A stretch of 64,000 nucleotides of DNA from Candidatus Moanibacter sp. Lineage in GTDB: Bacteria > Verrucomicrobiota > Verrucomicrobiia > Opitutales > UBA2987. The stretch lies in assembly GCA_965215885.1 (NCBI GenBank), contig CBDCEW010000089.1:1-64000 (forward strand). The letters run 5' to 3'. The translations under genes and the position numbers were made by a program. How positions within the stretch are numbered: the stretch's first letter is position 1; every line of letters starts with the position of its first letter. Shown here piece by piece: positions 61,557 to 64,000 of the stretch. Below the pieces are notes generated by a model, which did no database searches, had not been told where the DNA came from, and saw only the letters and a program-made list of their open reading frames with translations.

Positions 61557-62747
61557 ATGAATCGAGCTGACATAATCATTGTGGGGGGAGGAATTGTGGG
61601 TCTGGCGGTGGGATATCGTATCCGAAGGGACTTTCCGGAAAAACGGATAGTTATCCTGGAGAAAGAGAGTGAGATCGCCAAGCACCAGACGGGGCACAAC
61701 TCAGGAGTGCTTCACTCAGGGATCTACTACAAGCCGGGTTCTCTCAAAGCGAAAAATTGTCGCGAAGGAAAATTGGCGATGGAACAGTTTTGCCGGGAGC
61801 ATGGGATCGAATACGAGATATGCGGAAAGGTGATCGTGGCGGTGAGCGATCGCGAGGTGCCCAGGTTAAAGGAGATCCATAGTCGGGGAAGGGCCAACGA
61901 GGTGGAGTGTGAGATGATCGATCGGGAGCAGTTAAACGCACTGGAACCGTATACCGCGGGGATACAGGCGATCCATGTTCCCGAAACGGGAATCGTCAAT
62001 TTTCAGCAGGTCTGCAGTCGGCTTGGCGAGATTATTCTAGAAGGGCCGGGGGAGATGGAAATGAACACAAGGGTTCTGGATTTGCGGGAGGAGGAGGATA
62101 AAGTAGTCGTCAAGAGTACGAGAGGAATCTATGAAGCGGCTCTGGTAGTGAATTGCGCGGGACTGTATTCGGACAAGGTCACAGCGATGACGCAAAAGTG
62201 TAAAGCAAAGATCGTTCCCTTCCGCGGGGAGTATTACCGTTTGAAACCCGAGGCTTACTATCTATGCCGAAATCTGATCTACCCGGTACCTGACCCGGCT
62301 TTTCCCTTTCTGGGCGTGCATTTTACTCGCCTGATCGGCGGCTCCGTCGAGTGTGGGCCCAACGCGGTGTTGGCTCTTGCCCGCGAAGGCTACAGAAAGA
62401 CTGACTTCAATTTGAGAGAGTTGATGGATACGCTTACCTACCCCGCGTTCTGGAAGGTTTCGGTCAGGTATTGGCGCACCGGATTGGGTGAGATATGGCG
62501 TTCAATCAGCAAAAGGGCCTTTGTGAAAGCCCTGCAGCGACTCGTCCCGGAGATTCACGAGAGTCACCTTGAGGCGGCGCCGGCGGGTATCCGTGCCCAA
62601 GCCCTGGCACCTGATGGAAATCTGGTTGACGACTTTCTCATCCAGGAAAGCAGGCGGGTGGTAAACGTATGCAACGCCCCTTCTCCGGCGGCGACTGCAT
62701 CGCTGAATATTGCGAAGTTGATCGTAGAAAGGCTTTCAATTCATTAG
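61557..62747 (+). CDS. lhgO: L-2-hydroxyglutarate oxidase
   Basis: GGGIVG, HQTGHNSGVLHSGIYY, PFRGEY, PFLGVHFT, NAPSPAAT. Confidence 0.92.
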   Translation: MNRADIIIVGGGIVGLAVGYRIRRDFPEKRIVILEKESEIAKHQTGHNSGVLHSGIYYKPGSLKAKNCREGKLAMEQFCREHGIEYEICGKVIVAVSDREVPRLKEIHSRGRANEVECEMIDREQLNALEPYTAGIQAIHVPETGIVNFQQVCSRLGEIILEGPGEMEMNTRVLDLREEEDKVVVKSTRGIYEAALVVNCAGLYSDKVTAMTQKCKAKIVPFRGEYYRLKPEAYYLCRNLIYPVPDPAFPFLGVHFTRLIGGSVECGPNAVLALAREGYRKTDFNLRELMDTLTYPAFWKVSVRYWRTGLGEIWRSISKRAFVKALQRLVPEIHESHLEAAPAGIRAQALAPDGNLVDDFLIQESRRVVNVCNAPSPAATASLNIAKLIVERLSIH

Positions 62748-62795
62748 CAATCTTTCGGACTCAGGGTCCGACAGATCGCTAGTAGAAAAAACGCT

Positions 62796-63557
62796 GTGCA
62801 TTTGGTGGAACGACAGTCCCCCGCGGGTAAGAGAGTATTGCTGATGGCGACCTGCCTGTGCGACGCCTTTTTCGACGATGTGGGCCGGGCGACGGTTGAA
62901 GTGTTGGAGCATCTGGATTGCGAGGTGGCGTTTCCAGAGAACCAGACATGTTGCGGGCAGCCGGCCTTCAACGGAGGTGATTGGGAAGCATCTCGAAAAG
63001 TGGTGCGGCATACGGTCGAGGTGTTCAGGGGAGTCGAGCCTGTCGTCATTCCTTCCGGGTCCTGCGCAGCCATGATGTTTCACGGAGCTCCGCTGGAGTT
63101 TGAAGGGGAGAAAGATCGCGACGAAATAGAGGAGATCGCGGGCAGGAGTTGGGAATTAGCCGATTTTATTGTAAACGGTCTTGGAGTGAACCATTGGCAA
63201 GGAAAATTCCCGCACCGAGTCGCGTTTCATGGTTCCTGTCATAGCCGCGGCACGGAGGCGGCGAACGCAGCGAAGCAGCTCTTGAGTTCGATCGAAGGAT
63301 TAGAATGGCTCGAGTATGGAGAAGGAGAGCAGTGCTGTGGGTTCGGGGGAACATTTTCTGTAAGCTTTCCCAATACTTCCGTATCGATAGGGCGTCTCAA
63401 GATCGAACATATCTCCGCCTCAAAGCCCGATATTCTAATATCGGGAGACATGGGATGCCTCCTGCACCTGGGAGGGCTGGCAGAGAGAGAGGGTCTTAGT
63501 CTACCTCGACTTCACGTTGCTCAGGTATTGCGCGACGCGCTCAGGAGCGAGGCATGA
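62796..63557 (+). CDS. lutA: Lactate utilization protein A (two CCG domains)
   Basis: TCLCD, QTCCGQP, SGSC, HGSCH, CCGFGGTFS, DMGC. Confidence 0.9.
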   Translation: MHLVERQSPAGKRVLLMATCLCDAFFDDVGRATVEVLEHLDCEVAFPENQTCCGQPAFNGGDWEASRKVVRHTVEVFRGVEPVVIPSGSCAAMMFHGAPLEFEGEKDRDEIEEIAGRSWELADFIVNGLGVNHWQGKFPHRVAFHGSCHSRGTEAANAAKQLLSSIEGLEWLEYGEGEQCCGFGGTFSVSFPNTSVSIGRLKIEHISASKPDILISGDMGCLLHLGGLAEREGLSLPRLHVAQVLRDALRSEA

Positions 63558-64000
63558 GTATGAAGACGGCACAGCCGATCGAGCAATATGCGCGCGACCA
63601 TTTCGGTGAAGACCGACAGAGGGCGGTTTATTTGGGGGCAAAGACGACTTCCGAGAAGCGTTACAATGTCCTGGCACGGGACTATCCCGATGCGGACCGA
63701 TTGCGGCGTATCGCCGGCAACATTAAACAACATGCCCTCGATCACCTCGATCATTACCTGGAGATGGCGGAAGAGAGTCTTCGCTCCAAAGGTGCACAGG
63801 TGCATTTCGCGGCAAGAGGAGAAACCTGCAATCAGATCGTTTTCGACATCATGCGCCAGGCGGGAGCGCGGAAGATGGTCAAAAGCAAGAGCATGCTCGG
63901 GGAAGAGACCGCCCTCAATGACTACCTGACGGATGAAGGAATGGATTGCCTGGAAACGGATCTGGGGGAGCTTATCGTTCAGTTGGACGATGATCATCCC
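63554..64000 (+). CDS. lutB: Lactate utilization protein B, partial (runs off right edge)
   Basis: Manual translation: MSMKT...IKQHALDHLDHYL...VKSKSMLGEE...ETDLGELIVQL. ATGA overlap with lutA. Confidence 0.88.
   Translation, partial: MSMKTAQPIEQYARDHFGEDRQRAVYLGAKTTSEKRYNVLARDYPDADRLRRIAGNIKQHALDHLDHYLEMAEESLRSKGAQVHFAARGETCNQIVFDIMRQAGARKMVKSKSMLGEETALNDYLTDEGMDCLETDLGELIVQLDDDHP

Overview
Chromosomal window of a probable Verrucomicrobiota (Opitutales-like) bacterium; the taxon is inferred from gene style (GNS-type integrase, PQQ propeller, Gld-like ABC). It contains the end of a tRNA-Asp integrative element (tyrosine integrase, frameshifted DNA methyltransferase), tRNA-Ala and an MMPL-cNMP exporter locus. 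The best candidate for a new system is a FadR-regulated cobalamin-dependent methyl-transfer operon (14.3-21.4 kb) with a Zn-motif MtaA/CmuA-type enzyme and two uncharacterised putative metalloproteins. There are also three TA pairs, organic/sugar-acid catabolic genes and a TRAP locus with three DctP paralogs. The mobilome is rich: a DUF4338-ISAs1 fusion element, a head-to-tail IS dimer nested in a large Mutator-like element, two RAYT genes bounded by inverted repeats, and many GTAG-REP/REPIN/MITE palindromes. Several indels and one garbled segment (about 25.5-25.8 kb) suggest long-read consensus errors, so frameshift calls need read-level checks. All family assignments come from motif recognition, not database searches.
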